Assembly (NCBI GenBank): GCA_964187785.1
Contig: OZ076409.1
Location: 83,144,001-83,208,000, forward strand
DNA length: 64,000 nt
Direction of reading: 5' to 3'
Source of the DNA: Amphiscolops sp. MND2022
Taxonomy: Eukaryota
The notes beneath the pieces were generated by a model, which did no database searches, was not told the DNA's origin, and worked only from the letters and a program-made list of their open reading frames with translations. Numbering within the stretch: the first letter of the stretch is position 1; each line of letters opens with the position of its first letter. Positions 63,294 through 64,000 of this stretch are shown here, in pieces. Both the position numbers and the translations under genes were made by a program.

Positions 63294-63995
63294 TTAACAC
63301 TGCGTAATTCTTCCGTGTCCTCTCCCTCTTGCGAATTTTGGGATTCCTCCGCAGCAAGAAAAATCCCGACCGGGAGCGGGTCGTGACAGGGCGCCTCTAT
63401 AGCCTGAAGACACGGGCCGGGGGCAGTGCGGAATCTCCCTTGTGATGAGCACAGGCTGCTTGCGAGTCCTTGTCAGCAACGTAGAAGTGAAACGGGCCCC
63501 ACGTCCGCATAGTGCGTTGAACTCTGAGCTGCTCTGCAAGTCGATTCCATAGACGTTCTCTATATCTTCTATGGTAGGCTCCGTCAGATCATCAAGCCGA
63601 TTAATTTTTGTAGGCGGCTCGTTGAGCGAAAGTTCTCCGTTGGTTATATCCTGTAAGACTGGAGCAGGCTGTAGTGGAGGCAGTTGACGGGGGGTGTCCG
63701 GTTCTTCGAAGTAGCTCTCATCGGTTGTGTTAATATTTTGCCCTTCTACTCTGAACTCTTCTCCCTCACTGACTGGTGAGGTCGAAAACGTAATTTTCTT
63801 ATACGGGGATGGGCCGGATTCGAAAGTTGAGGCTGTCATTTCCATGCTCGTTTCACTCCCCATTTTGGCTACTGTAGACTCTCCGCTCAGATTGAGGGCT
63901 TGTATCACGTTGAGCGGGTAGAATTTGATGGGAGTACTCTGCTGTAGGGGGGTGCTTTCTTCATCTGACGAAATGTCGATGATCATGTTGCTCAT
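63294..63995 (-). CDS. 233-aa Ser/Thr/Pro/Glu-rich ORF of unknown function, possibly TE-borne
   Basis: ATG-initiated ORF, GC-richer than its flanks; acidic IIDISSDEES start and basic tail; no recognisable domain. Confidence 0.4.
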   Translation of the reverse strand: MSNMIIDISSDEESTPLQQSTPIKFYPLNVIQALNLSGESTVAKMGSETSMEMTASTFESGPSPYKKITFSTSPVSEGEEFRVEGQNINTTDESYFEEPDTPRQLPPLQPAPVLQDITNGELSLNEPPTKINRLDDLTEPTIEDIENVYGIDLQSSSEFNALCGRGARFTSTLLTRTRKQPVLITREIPHCPRPVSSGYRGALSRPAPGRDFSCCGGIPKFARGRGHGRITQC

Positions 63996-64000
63996 TTTTG

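Overview
AT-rich, transposon-dense animal nuclear DNA with GT-AG spliced genes; it is not prokaryotic. The window opens with a full-length 15.2-kb Ty3/Gypsy LTR retrotransposon (637-15856; TG...CA LTRs about 98% identical, CACGT target-site duplication). This element has two unusual traits. Its gag frame starts inside the LTR and runs through the primer-binding site. Between pol and the 3' LTR it carries an antisense, intron-containing gene of about 970 codons that looks like a degenerate hAT transposase (BED-like zinc finger, hAT-like core and C-terminal motifs). Downstream are a 3'-truncated CR1/L2-type LINE with a PHD-finger ORF1, a fold-back repeat, a six-exon sphingosine-1-phosphate phosphatase gene, and a probable C4orf45/SPMIP2-like gene fragment. 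Further on lie a ~185-bp satellite, a 5.06-kb tandem duplication carrying an intronless RGG + TROVE/vWA (Ro60-like) gene, two other LTRs that also encode gag-like N-termini, a decayed Gypsy gag-protease, and many Helentron-like (DINE-1-type) repeats and MITEs. All family assignments come from motif recognition by eye; no searches were run.
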